Of a stretch of DNA of 64,000 nt, positions 1-9,387 are shown piece after piece; position 1 is the stretch's first letter; every line of letters starts with the position of its first letter. The stretch spans positions 1,845 through 65,844 of the IMG/VR virus record IMGVR_UViG_3300048588_000476. One strand, written 5' to 3'. A program made the position numbers and the translations under genes. A model generated the notes under the pieces. The model saw only the letters and a program-made list of their open reading frames with translations. It was not told where the DNA came from and did no database searches. The DNA comes from a virus (taxonomy: Duplodnaviria; Caudoviricetes).

Positions 1-144
1 AGGGCAGTGTCTGGCAATCGGGTGTTTCATTAGTGCCGGGTACGAGCTAGGCATCAAGCAATACGGCGGGGTTGTGGCCCCGTTGGCGGTAGGGTGTTGG
101 GTGCAGTATCTTGTCCTTACGCGAATTTCATAGGAGAGTGCAAC

Positions 145-420
145 ATGAACAAGGAAGGTCGTGAGCTGATCAACAAGTGGAAAGGCACGGTGGAGGAGCT
201 GCAAACCGGGCTGCAAGACCTCCACTCCGACGTGGAAGAACTCGCCGAAGGTGAGCGGGAGAAATACGAGAACATGCCTGAGTCCCTGCAGAGCAGCGAC
301 AGGGGCGAGGCCATGAACGCAGCGGCGGAAGCATTGGAAGCCGCCGTGTCCGAAATCCAGACTGCCATTGACTCGCTGGATAGCGTGCTGGGGCAGCTGG
401 GCGAAGCGGAGGGCGAATGA
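145..420 (+). CDS. hypothetical acidic coiled-coil protein
   Basis: ATG at 145 after AGGAG SD; helical, Glu-rich; ATGA overlap with next gene. Confidence 0.75.
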   Translation: MNKEGRELINKWKGTVEELQTGLQDLHSDVEELAEGEREKYENMPESLQSSDRGEAMNAAAEALEAAVSEIQTAIDSLDSVLGQLGEAEGE

Positions 421-764
421 TGGACCGCACGCATCCTGACTCCGCCGAGTTGGAGGCGCCCCCCATTGCCTCCGCCATTCTCAACCACCCCTTGTACGAC
501 GTGTTCATGCAGGCCATCGTGCAGGCCATGTACGGTAAAGGCGAGCGGCACGGTGGGGCGGGAGTGCCGTTCATGGAGCAGCAATGGGTGGCGCTCGGGA
601 AGTCCCACGGCAACGGGTTCCTGACCGGGCAAGCCGCCAAGAAACTCAACGAGGCTGCCGAGCGGGGCGAGTACGACGACGCATTCAACCGCGAAGTGCT
701 GGGGGCGATGGTCTACGCCGGTATGGCGTACATTGACGCAAAAAGGAGGCAACGTGGCGAATAA
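417..764 (+). CDS. hypothetical phage protein
   Basis: 115-aa ORF coupled to the previous gene. Confidence 0.7.
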   Translation: MMDRTHPDSAELEAPPIASAILNHPLYDVFMQAIVQAMYGKGERHGGAGVPFMEQQWVALGKSHGNGFLTGQAAKKLNEAAERGEYDDAFNREVLGAMVYAGMAYIDAKRRQRGE

Positions 765-1071
765 GAAACGCTCGGACCTGTTCGTGGGGCAGTTCGACCA
801 CCTCGCTATCAGGGTGCGCAACGCCGCAGAGAACTACCGCATGAAGCATTTCTACAAACGGCCTCCGCCCCCGCCGGAAATCGCCGCCGCGATGAAAATC
901 GTCAACGAGTACCACACCAAAGAGACACGCAAGATGGGGCTGCAATTGCTGGCACTGGAGAAGGAGGGCAAGAACCTTGTTCAGAAGCTGCTGTTCGAGG
1001 AGCCTGCCGATGCACTGAAGCGGGTCGAGGCGTTCGAAGCGAAGTATTCAACGAAGAAAGGAGGAAAGTAA
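754..1071 (+). CDS. hypothetical protein, paralog of 1073-1399
   Basis: GTG start after AGGAGG; shares PPxxxAAxKIVxxYxTK and ALxxVxAFEAK with the next ORF. Confidence 0.7.
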   Translation: MANKKRSDLFVGQFDHLAIRVRNAAENYRMKHFYKRPPPPPEIAAAMKIVNEYHTKETRKMGLQLLALEKEGKNLVQKLLFEEPADALKRVEAFEAKYSTKKGGK

Positions 1072-1072
1072 C

Positions 1073-1399
1073 ATGACTGAGAAAAAAGCGGCATCAACCC
1101 CGCAAGTGACGAAGATTCAAATCGACTACCTCGTCGGCCGCATGCGCAAGGTGTACAACCCGCGGTATGGCGCGGAGTTGCCGGTGCCGCCGGACGTGCA
1201 GGCCGCAAAGAAGATCGTGGCTGCATACAACACGAAGACACAGAAGCTGCAGGAAGAGCGGGAGACGAAGTGGCGTAAAGAGATGGCTCAGGTCGAAGAA
1301 GACATCCGGTTCCTCCCCGGCGAGGTGGCGCTGGAGAAGGTGAAGGCGTTCGAGGCGAAATGGACGCCGCCCGCTGCACCGAAGGCCAAAAAGCGGTAG
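1073..1399 (+). CDS. hypothetical protein, paralog of 754-1071
   Basis: AGGAGG SD; same shared motifs. Confidence 0.75.
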   Translation: MTEKKAASTPQVTKIQIDYLVGRMRKVYNPRYGAELPVPPDVQAAKKIVAAYNTKTQKLQEERETKWRKEMAQVEEDIRFLPGEVALEKVKAFEAKWTPPAAPKAKKR

Positions 1400-1431
1400 A
1401 ATAGGCAGTCGACAACTGCCCCGTTGCTACC

Positions 1432-3279
1432 ATGAAAATTCTCACTATCGACTTCGAGACGTTCTACGGTACTGGATACACACTATCCACAATGCCTATC
1501 GAAGAGTACGTGAGAGACCCGAGATTCTGGGTGCACGGTGCAGGCATCAAGCTGGATGATGGGCCGTCGCGGTGGGTTACTGCAAATGAATTGCCACTAT
1601 TCATGGCCGCGATACGGGCCAGAGTGGAGCGGGAACCCACCGCGATTCTTTGCCATCACACGCAGTTTGACGGGTTCATCCTGTCAGAGAAGTACGGCAT
1701 ACGCCCCAAGCTATGGCTAGACACCATGAGCATGGGGCGTGCACTGCACGGTGTTGTGTCGGGCGTGAGTCTCGCCAAGCTGTCCGAACTATATGGTATC
1801 GGCAGCAAGGGCAATGAGTTGTCGGAAACCCGCAACGTTGCCAGACTCAATGCACACCAAGAGGCGAGACTAGCCGCCTACTGCGTCAACGACGTCGAGT
1901 TGACGTACAAGCTATTCCAGCTCATGCGCCCGCAGTTCCCCCGGCGCGAGCTTCGCATGGTCGATATGGTCATCCGGATGTACACCGAACCGGTGCTGCA
2001 GCTGGATTCTGCACTGCTGACCGAATATCTCGACCACCTTCGCGCGACCAAGAATTTCCTCCTCCTCCGCGCGAATGCCTCCGTTGAAGACCTCCGCAGT
2101 AACGACAAGTTTGCCAAGCTGTTGCAGTCGTTCGGCATAGACCCTCCCCAGAAGATCAGCAAGACCACCGGCAAGCCCACATGGGCTTTCGCCAAGACCG
2201 ACCCCGAAATGCAGGCGCTCGCCGAGCACCCCGAGATCGAGATACAGGCCCTGATCGCCGCGCGCACTGGGGTCAAGAGCACCATCGCCGAGAGCCGAGC
2301 TGAACGGTTCCTGAGCGTGGCGTCTCGCGGTGCCGCCGCACCTGTTTACTACAAATACTCTGGAGCAGCGCAGACACACCGCCTCAGCGGCGGGGACATG
2401 ACTAACTACCAAAACATGACCAGAGGAAGTCAGCTACGACAGGCCGTCGTTGCTCCCAATGGTTACGTAGTAATGGTCATCGACTCGTCCAACATTGAGG
2501 CGAGGCTACTTGACTATCTGGCCTGCCAGAATGATATGATCGAGGCGTACCGACTGTACGATGCCGGGCTAGGTCCTGACATCTACTGTGTCACAGCAAC
2601 AGGGCTGTATGGTAGGACCATCGACAAGAAGAAGGACCCGGACGAGCGACAAATCGGCAAGATCGTCAAGCTGGGGCTAGGGTACGGCATGGGGCCGGAG
2701 AAGCTGTTCACGACGGCGCGGCAGATGAAGATCCCCATGACCGCGGACATGGCGACCAAGGCCGTGAGCTTCTACCGCACGTCGGTGCACATGGTGCCCC
2801 GATTGTGGAAGCGGTTCGAGGACGCCTTTCCGTTCATGCTGGCCGGTGCCCGGGTCCCGATCGACGCCCGGGGCATCTTGTACACGTGCAAGGATGGGTT
2901 CGTTCTCCCCAACGGGCTCCGAGTCATGTACCCGGACCTCAAAAAGGACGTGGACCCGCAGACGGGGAAGACCCGCGGGTGGTCGTACAACAGTGGGCGG
3001 TTTGGCCGGGTGTCGATCTATGGCGGGAAAGCCGTGGAAAACGCCATTCAGGCACTGGCGCGGATCGTCGTGCTGGATCAAACTCTGGACCTGAGCGAGC
3101 TGTACAAACTCGCCCTGTCCTCGCACGACGAGACCGGGGCCGTGGTGCTTGAAGCCGACGCCCCCAAATGTATGGCGGACGCGCTGCGAATCTTTCGCAC
3201 GCCGCCGTCGTGGGCTCCCGATCTGCCGCTCAACGCGTCAGCGGGATTTGCGAAGCGCTATGGAGACGCGAAAACATGA
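1432..3279 (+). CDS. polA: family A DNA polymerase with 3'-5' exonuclease domain
   Basis: ExoI IDFET, motif A IDSSNIEAR, motif B RQIGKIVKLGLGYG, motif C SHDE. Confidence 0.95.
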   Translation: MKILTIDFETFYGTGYTLSTMPIEEYVRDPRFWVHGAGIKLDDGPSRWVTANELPLFMAAIRARVEREPTAILCHHTQFDGFILSEKYGIRPKLWLDTMSMGRALHGVVSGVSLAKLSELYGIGSKGNELSETRNVARLNAHQEARLAAYCVNDVELTYKLFQLMRPQFPRRELRMVDMVIRMYTEPVLQLDSALLTEYLDHLRATKNFLLLRANASVEDLRSNDKFAKLLQSFGIDPPQKISKTTGKPTWAFAKTDPEMQALAEHPEIEIQALIAARTGVKSTIAESRAERFLSVASRGAAAPVYYKYSGAAQTHRLSGGDMTNYQNMTRGSQLRQAVVAPNGYVVMVIDSSNIEARLLDYLACQNDMIEAYRLYDAGLGPDIYCVTATGLYGRTIDKKKDPDERQIGKIVKLGLGYGMGPEKLFTTARQMKIPMTADMATKAVSFYRTSVHMVPRLWKRFEDAFPFMLAGARVPIDARGILYTCKDGFVLPNGLRVMYPDLKKDVDPQTGKTRGWSYNSGRFGRVSIYGGKAVENAIQALARIVVLDQTLDLSELYKLALSSHDETGAVVLEADAPKCMADALRIFRTPPSWAPDLPLNASAGFAKRYGDAKT

Positions 3280-3455
3280 CGCGCACCAAACGTGACTACT
3301 GCAGCAAAGGAAGGCACCCCCGGTGGCGCCTTTGGCGCGCGGAGTATGGGTCAGGGTGGAAAATGCCGCGGCTCGGTGTCTATTGCACAGAATGCGGCGG
3401 AGCAGTCGCCGACAATGTCGGGCGTAGCCCGTACCTCAAGAGGATATTGCCATGA
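3276..3455 (+). CDS. small hypothetical protein with CxxC
   Basis: ATGA overlaps at both ends; 59 aa; CTEC. Confidence 0.5.
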   Translation: MTRTKRDYCSKGRHPRWRLWRAEYGSGWKMPRLGVYCTECGGAVADNVGRSPYLKRILP

Positions 3456-3637
3456 GTACGATGAAGCTGGTGCACCCGGAGCATCCCGAGCTGGTGTGGG
3501 ACATTCTGGGGTTCAACAAAGAGACCAACACGGTTCGGCTGAAGGGGCTGTACGCCGAGATCGAGCAGCCGATGGACCGCGAAGGATGGAAGGCGAAGGG
3601 CTACACCATTGTCAAGACGGAGGTGCAACATGCCTAG
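3452..3637 (+). CDS. hypothetical protein
   Basis: 61-aa coupled ORF. Confidence 0.65.
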   Translation: MSTMKLVHPEHPELVWDILGFNKETNTVRLKGLYAEIEQPMDREGWKAKGYTIVKTEVQHA

Positions 3638-3917
3638 CAGCCCCGGCTACAAGCGGAACTACTCTCAGGAGTGGGCCACCGCCAAGAAACGCAATGAGGA
3701 CGAGGATAACGCCGCGCGACATCGGCTCCGCCGCAAGGCAGTCAAAGCCGGTATGGTCAAGCCCAAAGACGGCAAGGACCTCGACCACGTGCAGGCGCTG
3801 TCGAAGGGCGGTGCCAACACACTGGCGAACGCACGGGTGACGACCCCCAGCCAGAACCGCAGTTACCCACGCAACAGCAAGGGGGGCATGATCCGCAACA
3901 CGCCCAAGAAGAAATGA
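3630..3917 (+). CDS. HNH endonuclease
   Basis: DLDHVQALSKGG...NAR...NRS motif; GGAGG SD before ATG 3630. Confidence 0.8.
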   Translation: MPSSPGYKRNYSQEWATAKKRNEDEDNAARHRLRRKAVKAGMVKPKDGKDLDHVQALSKGGANTLANARVTTPSQNRSYPRNSKGGMIRNTPKKK

Positions 3918-4057
3918 CGGAGGCTGACTGGGCGTTGTTGTTCGGGCTGGCGTGCTTGGTCTTGTTCGCCCTGTTCATGTGGGTGACGTGGACCGACCGC
4001 ATGCCCCTTCGCTGGGATGAATTCTTCACGCGTCATGGATGGAGGCGCAAGCGGTGA
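3914..4057 (+). CDS. small membrane protein (47 aa)
   Basis: hydrophobic WALLFGLACLVLFALFMWVTW; ATGA and GTGA overlaps. Confidence 0.55.
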   Translation: MTEADWALLFGLACLVLFALFMWVTWTDRMPLRWDEFFTRHGWRRKR

Positions 4058-4719
4058 CCATCCCACCTATCTCCCACAGTCGTATTACCAAGCTACTGAC
4101 GTGTGGTAAGCAGTATTACCACACGTCAGTGGTGAAGGACGTGAAGGAATCGCAAGGTGAAGCCGCCATGTGGGGCGAGCAGGTGCACCTTGCCATCGAG
4201 AACCGGCTGCGTGATGGGACCCCGCTCCCCACCGGGTATGAAATGTACGAAGGCTACTGCCAATCAATTTTGGATAAGGGCGGGAAGCAGTTGTACGAGG
4301 TGCAGCTGACCATCGATCGACAGTTACAGCCCTGTGACTGGCAGGACCCGAACGCTTTCTGGCGAGCTATTGCCGACGTGCTGATCCTGAAGGGCGACAC
4401 CGCCTTGGTGATCGACCACAAGACCGGCAAGTACAAGCCCGGATCGACTCAGCTGCAGGAGACCGCGCTGCTGGTCTTCCACACGTTCCCCGAAGTGCAG
4501 ACTGTAAAAACGGCGTATACTTGGTTGTCTGTGGGGAAGCGCACAGTTGATAGTTATCAACGCGCGGATACTGCAGCTATGTGGCAGCGCCTGAAGCCGA
4601 TGGTTCAAGAGTACATGACCGCGTACAAGACCGATACGTGGGTCGCTCGACCGTCTGGACTGTGCAAAGGGTGGTGCCCCGTTACGTCGTGCATACACTG
4701 GAGGGCTAAGAGAAAATGA
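4054..4719 (+). CDS. PD-(D/E)xK exonuclease, Cas4/RecB-like with 1+3 Cys cluster
   Basis: N-terminal TCGKQY, ADVL...IDHKTG, QL, C-terminal CKGWCPVTSC. Confidence 0.85.
   Translation: MTIPPISHSRITKLLTCGKQYYHTSVVKDVKESQGEAAMWGEQVHLAIENRLRDGTPLPTGYEMYEGYCQSILDKGGKQLYEVQLTIDRQLQPCDWQDPNAFWRAIADVLILKGDTALVIDHKTGKYKPGSTQLQETALLVFHTFPEVQTVKTAYTWLSVGKRTVDSYQRADTAAMWQRLKPMVQEYMTAYKTDTWVARPSGLCKGWCPVTSCIHWRAKRK
4546..4561. promoter_or_regulatory. 16-bp palindrome variant (GTTGATAGTTATCAAC) inside exonuclease CDS
   Basis: direct match; encodes VDSYQR. Confidence 0.7.
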
Positions 4720-5000
4720 CAGGCGCAGAGGTGGGCTTAGAGTTGGAAAGGCTGACGGAAAAGAATTTTCGAACCCGCATGTCCCGCAAGCTGGAGCGGG
4801 CCAAGCAGTACCTTGCTGATCGAGGGATCGCCGCTATGGGTCCAAACTCGACGTTCATTTACACAGACTCAAAGGGGAAGACGCATGAGAGACAAGAAGA
4901 AGCGGAATTGCTACGTGCACGCCGCCATTCTGATGACCGAACTGATGCAAGGTCCGAAGACTGTGCGCCAGCTGATGGACGCACTGGAGCTGACGCCTAA
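4716..5000 (+). CDS. hypothetical protein
   Basis: ATGA overlap with exonuclease; its 3' part overlaps the next gene. Confidence 0.45.
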   Translation: MTGAEVGLELERLTEKNFRTRMSRKLERAKQYLADRGIAAMGPNSTFIYTDSKGKTHERQEEAELLRARRHSDDRTDARSEDCAPADGRTGADA

Positions 5001-5259
5001 CGCAGTAAAAGGGGCGATGCGCCCTTTTCGGGCTGCAGGAATGATCCGGGTTGCTGGCGTAGCCCCAGACGTTCGGGGGCACATGAAGGCGATACTGTAC
5101 GAGTGGGGCACCGCCCCGGATGTCGAACTCCCGCCGTCGTTCAAGCCGATGGTGTACGCCTGCCAATCCGACGATCTGCTGCTCGCCGCATTTCGCCGAA
5201 AAGTACGCGCGGCAGCTGCCCCCCGTAAACCCATTGTCCAAGACCTAGACCGCTCGTGA
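4885..5259 (+). CDS. putative winged-HTH DNA-binding protein
   Basis: GPKTVRQLMDALELTPNAVKGAMRPFRAAGMI pattern typical of wHTH. Confidence 0.6.
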   Translation: MRDKKKRNCYVHAAILMTELMQGPKTVRQLMDALELTPNAVKGAMRPFRAAGMIRVAGVAPDVRGHMKAILYEWGTAPDVELPPSFKPMVYACQSDDLLLAAFRRKVRAAAAPRKPIVQDLDRS

Positions 5260-6833
5260 TCCTCGTCCCCCACAAACAGACCGTACTGCTTAGGGCACGT
5301 GACCCTAGCAAGATCATGTCGATCATCCCGCACAGTCGGCTGATCGACTACGAACGCCACAATGTGGCGGTGCGGTACGGGCTGGACGAGGTGAAGGTCC
5401 TGCGTAACCTTGGCGTCAATGTCCCGCCCCCCATCGAGCACATGTACTCGTGGCCGGGCAGGCACACCCCCTTCCCCCACCAGAAGACCACCGCAGGGTT
5501 TGTCACCCTGAACGATCACTGTTTCGTGCTAAACGAAATGGGGACGTCGAAGACTGCCAGCGTGTTGTGGGCAGCAGACCACCTGATGAACATTGGCAAG
5601 GTGCGGAAGGCGTTGATTGTGGCGCCGCTCAGCACCCTCGAACGTGTCTGGAAAGACGAGATATTTTCGGTGCTGATGCACCGGTCCGCTGTCGTCCTAC
5701 ATGGCACGAAGGAACGTCGCCTCGACAGACTGGATGCGGATGTGGACTTCTACATCATCAACCACGAAGGACTGGGCGTCATCCACAAACAGCTGCTGGC
5801 CCGTAAAGACATCGACATGGTGATTGTCGATGAGGCGGCGGACTACCGCAACGCAGGTACGGAACGCTACAAGCAGCTACGGGCGCTGGTGTACCACCGT
5901 CGCCCCCGCCCCCGCGTAGTATTGATGTCGGGTGCACCTTGCCCCAACGCGCCTACCGACGCATGGGCACTGGCAAGACTGGTGCGCCCGGATGCAGTGC
6001 CGCAGTATTTCGGTACGTTCCAGCGCCTGACGATGACGCAGGTGGCGCTCGGGAAGTGGAAGCCCAAGCCGGAGGCGGAGCAGCTCGCCTATGCTGCAAT
6101 GCAACCGGGCATCCGATACAAGAAGTCCGAAGTGCTGAAAGACCTCCCGCCGGTACTGTTCTCCGATCGTGCAGTTACGCTTACTGCACAACAACGTACA
6201 GAGTACGCGCGGATGAAAAAAGAAATGGCGGTGGACTTGCAATCGTCGGGGGGAATGGCTAGAATTGTGGCTGTGAATGCGGCGGACGCAACGACAAAGC
6301 TCCGGCAAATTCTGTGTGGCGTGATACGCGTGCCGAATACCAAAGATTTTGCGGTTCTCGACCATGCACCTCGTACACAAGAATTGCTAGCATGCATCGG
6401 GCAGGCGTCTGCAAAGGTCATTGTTATCGTGCCCTTCAAGGGTATAATCGAGACCTTGCGGGCAGAGATCGCGCCGCATTACAGCGTGGAAGTGGTGAAC
6501 GGCGACGTGACCCCGAAAGTGCGGAATGACATCTTTGCCCGGTTTCGCTCCGACCCTGATCCGCACGTGCTGTTGTGTCACCCAAAGGTCATGAGTCACG
6601 GTCTGACATTGGTAGAAGCTGACGTGCTGGTGTTTTACGCACCGATCTACAGCAACGACCAGTATCAGCAGGTGAAGGACCGGATAAACCGTCCGGGGCA
6701 GACGCGCCCGATGACGATAGTCCGGCTGGGCGGGGCGCCGTTAGAGTGGAAGATATACAAGGCGCTCGACGATCAGCAGCTAACTCAGTCTAAGATACTC
6801 GAAATGTATCAGGCTGAAATGGAGGGAACATGA
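5256..6833 (+). CDS. SNF2-family (SF2) helicase
   Basis: EMGTSKT motif I, IVDEA motif II, MSGAP motif III, HGLTL and DRINRPGQ motifs V/VI. Confidence 0.92.
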   Translation: MILVPHKQTVLLRARDPSKIMSIIPHSRLIDYERHNVAVRYGLDEVKVLRNLGVNVPPPIEHMYSWPGRHTPFPHQKTTAGFVTLNDHCFVLNEMGTSKTASVLWAADHLMNIGKVRKALIVAPLSTLERVWKDEIFSVLMHRSAVVLHGTKERRLDRLDADVDFYIINHEGLGVIHKQLLARKDIDMVIVDEAADYRNAGTERYKQLRALVYHRRPRPRVVLMSGAPCPNAPTDAWALARLVRPDAVPQYFGTFQRLTMTQVALGKWKPKPEAEQLAYAAMQPGIRYKKSEVLKDLPPVLFSDRAVTLTAQQRTEYARMKKEMAVDLQSSGGMARIVAVNAADATTKLRQILCGVIRVPNTKDFAVLDHAPRTQELLACIGQASAKVIVIVPFKGIIETLRAEIAPHYSVEVVNGDVTPKVRNDIFARFRSDPDPHVLLCHPKVMSHGLTLVEADVLVFYAPIYSNDQYQQVKDRINRPGQTRPMTIVRLGGAPLEWKIYKALDDQQLTQSKILEMYQAEMEGT

Positions 6834-7222
6834 GCGATGCCAGCGATGACAGGCTAGTTGCGACGTATCTCAAGGTTCGAGACCAAGCGGCGGCGCACGC
6901 CAAAGAATATGAAACCGCGCACAAGCGGTTCACCGATGCAATGAGTGCAATCCAAGACGAGCTGTTGCGGCGCATGAATGAGCGCGGTAACGACGGCTTC
7001 AAAACGGAGCACGGGGCGGTGTACCGAGCGGAAACGGTTCGCTGCTCCATGGCCGACGAGGCTGTTGTGTGGGATTGGATTGCCAAGAACAACGCGTTTG
7101 ACGCAGTGGAAAAGCGCATCAAGAGTACGTTCGTGCAGGAGTACATCAAAGAGCACGGAGTGCCGCCCCCCGGCGTTAACGTGTTTCGTGAATACAACGC
7201 GCGCATCCGCGCAGCCAAGTAA
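6830..7222 (+). CDS. conserved phage replication-module protein
   Basis: 130 aa coupled ORF, N-terminal coiled coil, FKTEHG...PPGV. Confidence 0.7.
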   Translation: MSDASDDRLVATYLKVRDQAAAHAKEYETAHKRFTDAMSAIQDELLRRMNERGNDGFKTEHGAVYRAETVRCSMADEAVVWDWIAKNNAFDAVEKRIKSTFVQEYIKEHGVPPPGVNVFREYNARIRAAK

Positions 7223-7234
7223 GGAGTTGCACAC

Positions 7235-8236
7235 ATGAGTACCGCAATGACGTTGTTTGCCAACCAGTCGGCGATCCCGGCGCACATTCTGGCGCTGCAG
7301 GAAGCCGCTTCGAACATCGCCTCCCGCGAGGGCGTGCCGAGTCTGACGTACCGCGGCAAGGTGTGGCGGATGATCAACGAGGGTGAGGAACAAATCATCC
7401 TGAAGGACGGCGACCCGGCAAGCTCGGTCGAGGTGATCATTCTCGACCAGTCCCCGTCGCGGGGGCGCACGTACTACGAAGGGCAGTACGTGGAAGGTGA
7501 GGCGCGTCCGCCCACCTGCGCATCCTCTGACGGCGTGCGCCCGGATGCGGACATCAAAGAGCCGCGAGCGCTGTCGTGCGCGCAGTGCCAGTTCTCCGCG
7601 AAGGGCAGCAGCCAGACCGGCAAGGGCGCGGCATGTGCACCGTTCAAGAACGTGGTTGTGGTGGCCGCGGACCTCAGCACCCCGCCGCTTCGTTTGCGGA
7701 TGGCGCAAACCAGCTTGTTCGACGCGACGAACCCGGAGGAGTCGAAAGGTTGGTTTGCGTATGACCAATACATCAACCAACTTCGCGCACGCAATGTGAC
7801 GTCCACGGCTGCGGTGGTGACGAAAATCAAGTTTGACGCGGACAAGGCGTACCCAAAACTGCTGTTCTCGGCGGTGGATTGGGTGGCTGCGGACAAGACG
7901 CCTACCATCATGGAGTTGAGGGCAGGCGAGATGATCCCCCAGCTACTGGGCAAGAAGGAAGCCGCACCCGCTACGGCTCCGGCCATCGCTGCCCCGACAG
8001 TGGCGGTTGCTCCGGTGGTGGCTCCGGCACCGGTCGTCGCTCCCGCGGTTGCAGCACCGGCAGCCCCGGCTCCCGTTGTGGCGCCTGTGGCGGTTGCAGC
8101 GCCCGCAGTAGCTCCGGCACCGGTCGTCGCTCCGGTTGCCGTCGCGGCGCCGGCTGTGGCCCCTCCCCCCGTGGCTCCGGTTGTGGTTGCGGCGGGCGGG
8201 TCGCTGGACGACTTGCTGAAGGAATGGGATACGTAA
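7235..8236 (+). CDS. putative ssDNA-binding/annealing protein with Ala/Pro/Val linker and acidic tail
   Basis: position in replication module; Cys cluster (CASSDG, CAQC, AC); low-complexity linker; SLDDLLKEWDT terminus. Confidence 0.6.
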   Translation: MSTAMTLFANQSAIPAHILALQEAASNIASREGVPSLTYRGKVWRMINEGEEQIILKDGDPASSVEVIILDQSPSRGRTYYEGQYVEGEARPPTCASSDGVRPDADIKEPRALSCAQCQFSAKGSSQTGKGAACAPFKNVVVVAADLSTPPLRLRMAQTSLFDATNPEESKGWFAYDQYINQLRARNVTSTAAVVTKIKFDADKAYPKLLFSAVDWVAADKTPTIMELRAGEMIPQLLGKKEAAPATAPAIAAPTVAVAPVVAPAPVVAPAVAAPAAPAPVVAPVAVAAPAVAPAPVVAPVAVAAPAVAPPPVAPVVVAAGGSLDDLLKEWDT

Positions 8237-8244
8237 CCCGGGTT

Positions 8245-8404
8245 TGACTGTTGAGGAAGGAGCAGACCCTAGTGGGATGGGGGATCGGGGGTGTAGACCG
8301 GAGAAAGGGGGTAGCCGCCCCCGGTGGGCCGGGGCATCCTAACGATAAACGGAGTGGCGGTATGGGGTAGCTCCCGGACGTGTCCACACCGAACTCAGCA
8401 GTCA
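8245..8404 (+). ncRNA. candidate structured ncRNA
   Basis: nested complementary stems 8245-8255/8394-8404, 8290-8298/8382-8390, 8298-8303/8371-8377, 8314-8319/8356-8361 in an intergenic gap. Confidence 0.35.
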
Positions 8405-8445
8405 TCTGTACATGGTTAGGGACGAACAACCTCCCAGCGACCCGA

Positions 8446-8470
8446 GCGGGTGAAAGGCCCGCATTTTCTT
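8446..8470 (+). terminator. putative intrinsic terminator
   Basis: GCGGG-tgaaagg-CCCGC hairpin followed by ATTTTCTT. Confidence 0.4.
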
Positions 8471-8479
8471 GGAACCGCC

Positions 8480-8674
8480 ATGCAGCCCAAATGCAATTGG
8501 TATCAGGACGGGGACGAGACGTCCGAACTGTGGCAGACAGGGTGCAACAAATACTTCTGCCTCAACGACGGCGACCCTGTGGACAACAAGATGAAGTTCT
8601 GTTGCTACTGCGGCAAATCTATTGTGGCGTATCGCCTGAATGAGGAAGGCGAGCACGTGTTGGTGACGCCGTGA
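8480..8674 (+). CDS. small Cys-rich (zinc-ribbon) protein
   Basis: C..WQTGC..KFCCYCG; GTGA overlap with next gene. Confidence 0.6.
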   Translation: MQPKCNWYQDGDETSELWQTGCNKYFCLNDGDPVDNKMKFCCYCGKSIVAYRLNEEGEHVLVTP

Positions 8675-8997
8675 CCCCAAAACATGGCGACATCACGCGA
8701 GAAGGCGACGAATACAACCTCGAAACGTGGTACTACTGCGAAATATGCTTCAGGTCGCATTCGTGGGACTACGAAGGGTGCGAAGGACTGCGCAATTACG
8801 CCAAGGCCGGACGCGAGGCACTCAACAAGCAAATTGCCAACGCCACGAAGGAAGTGCAGAAGCGGGCGCGGTACTTCCCACACACATTCAACGAATACAA
8901 CGCGTGGTGCGGCGCAAAGACTGCTCTGGCAGAAGCCAAGACACACGAAAAACAAGCGCGGGCGAAGTGGCTCGCCATAAAAGGGACGAAATCATAA
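8671..8997 (+). CDS. hypothetical protein
   Basis: 108 aa; CEIC..H..C. Confidence 0.6.
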   Translation: MTPKHGDITREGDEYNLETWYYCEICFRSHSWDYEGCEGLRNYAKAGREALNKQIANATKEVQKRARYFPHTFNEYNAWCGAKTALAEAKTHEKQARAKWLAIKGTKS

Positions 8998-9003
8998 ACC
9001 ATC

Positions 9004-9387
9004 ATGGAAGTCATCTGCCCATACTGCGCAAAGCCCGCCAAGGCCGTCACTGGCGCGGCTATCTACAAGAACAGACCTGACCTGCAGCGCCTGATTTACT
9101 GGCAGTGCAAGCCGTGTGAGGCGTACGTAGGATGCCACCGCGGCACCATGCGCCCTCTGGGGCGACTGGCTAACGCACAGCTTCGCATTGCCAAGATGCG
9201 AGCGCACGCCGCATTCGACCCGATCTGGAAGAACCGGCACAAGACCCGCACCGACGCCTACGAGTGGTTGTCGAAGGTCATGGGTCTGCCCTTTGCCGAG
9301 ACGCACATCGGCATGTTCGACATCGAGCAGTGCCGCAAGGTCATCCACGAGTCGCGCCTGTTCTTCACGAAGCTGCATGGCGAATGA
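9004..9387 (+). CDS. zinc-finger protein, DUF3268-like
   Basis: CPYC...CKPCEAYVGCH..PLGRLA...AHAAFDPIW...HIGMFD pattern. Confidence 0.75.
   Translation: MEVICPYCAKPAKAVTGAAIYKNRPDLQRLIYWQCKPCEAYVGCHRGTMRPLGRLANAQLRIAKMRAHAAFDPIWKNRHKTRTDAYEWLSKVMGLPFAETHIGMFDIEQCRKVIHESRLFFTKLHGE

Noticed and set aside
1-144. Possible 3' end of a gene at the window start
   Set aside because: Too short to assign a frame or product.
4054-4719. Cas4-like nuclease as evidence of a CRISPR-Cas system
   Set aside because: No other cas genes or array; such exonucleases are standard in phage replication modules.
7960-8200. Ala/Pro/Val repeats in the SSB-like gene and PEPT repeats in the scaffold as separate elements
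   Set aside because: Ordinary low-complexity linkers within coding sequence.
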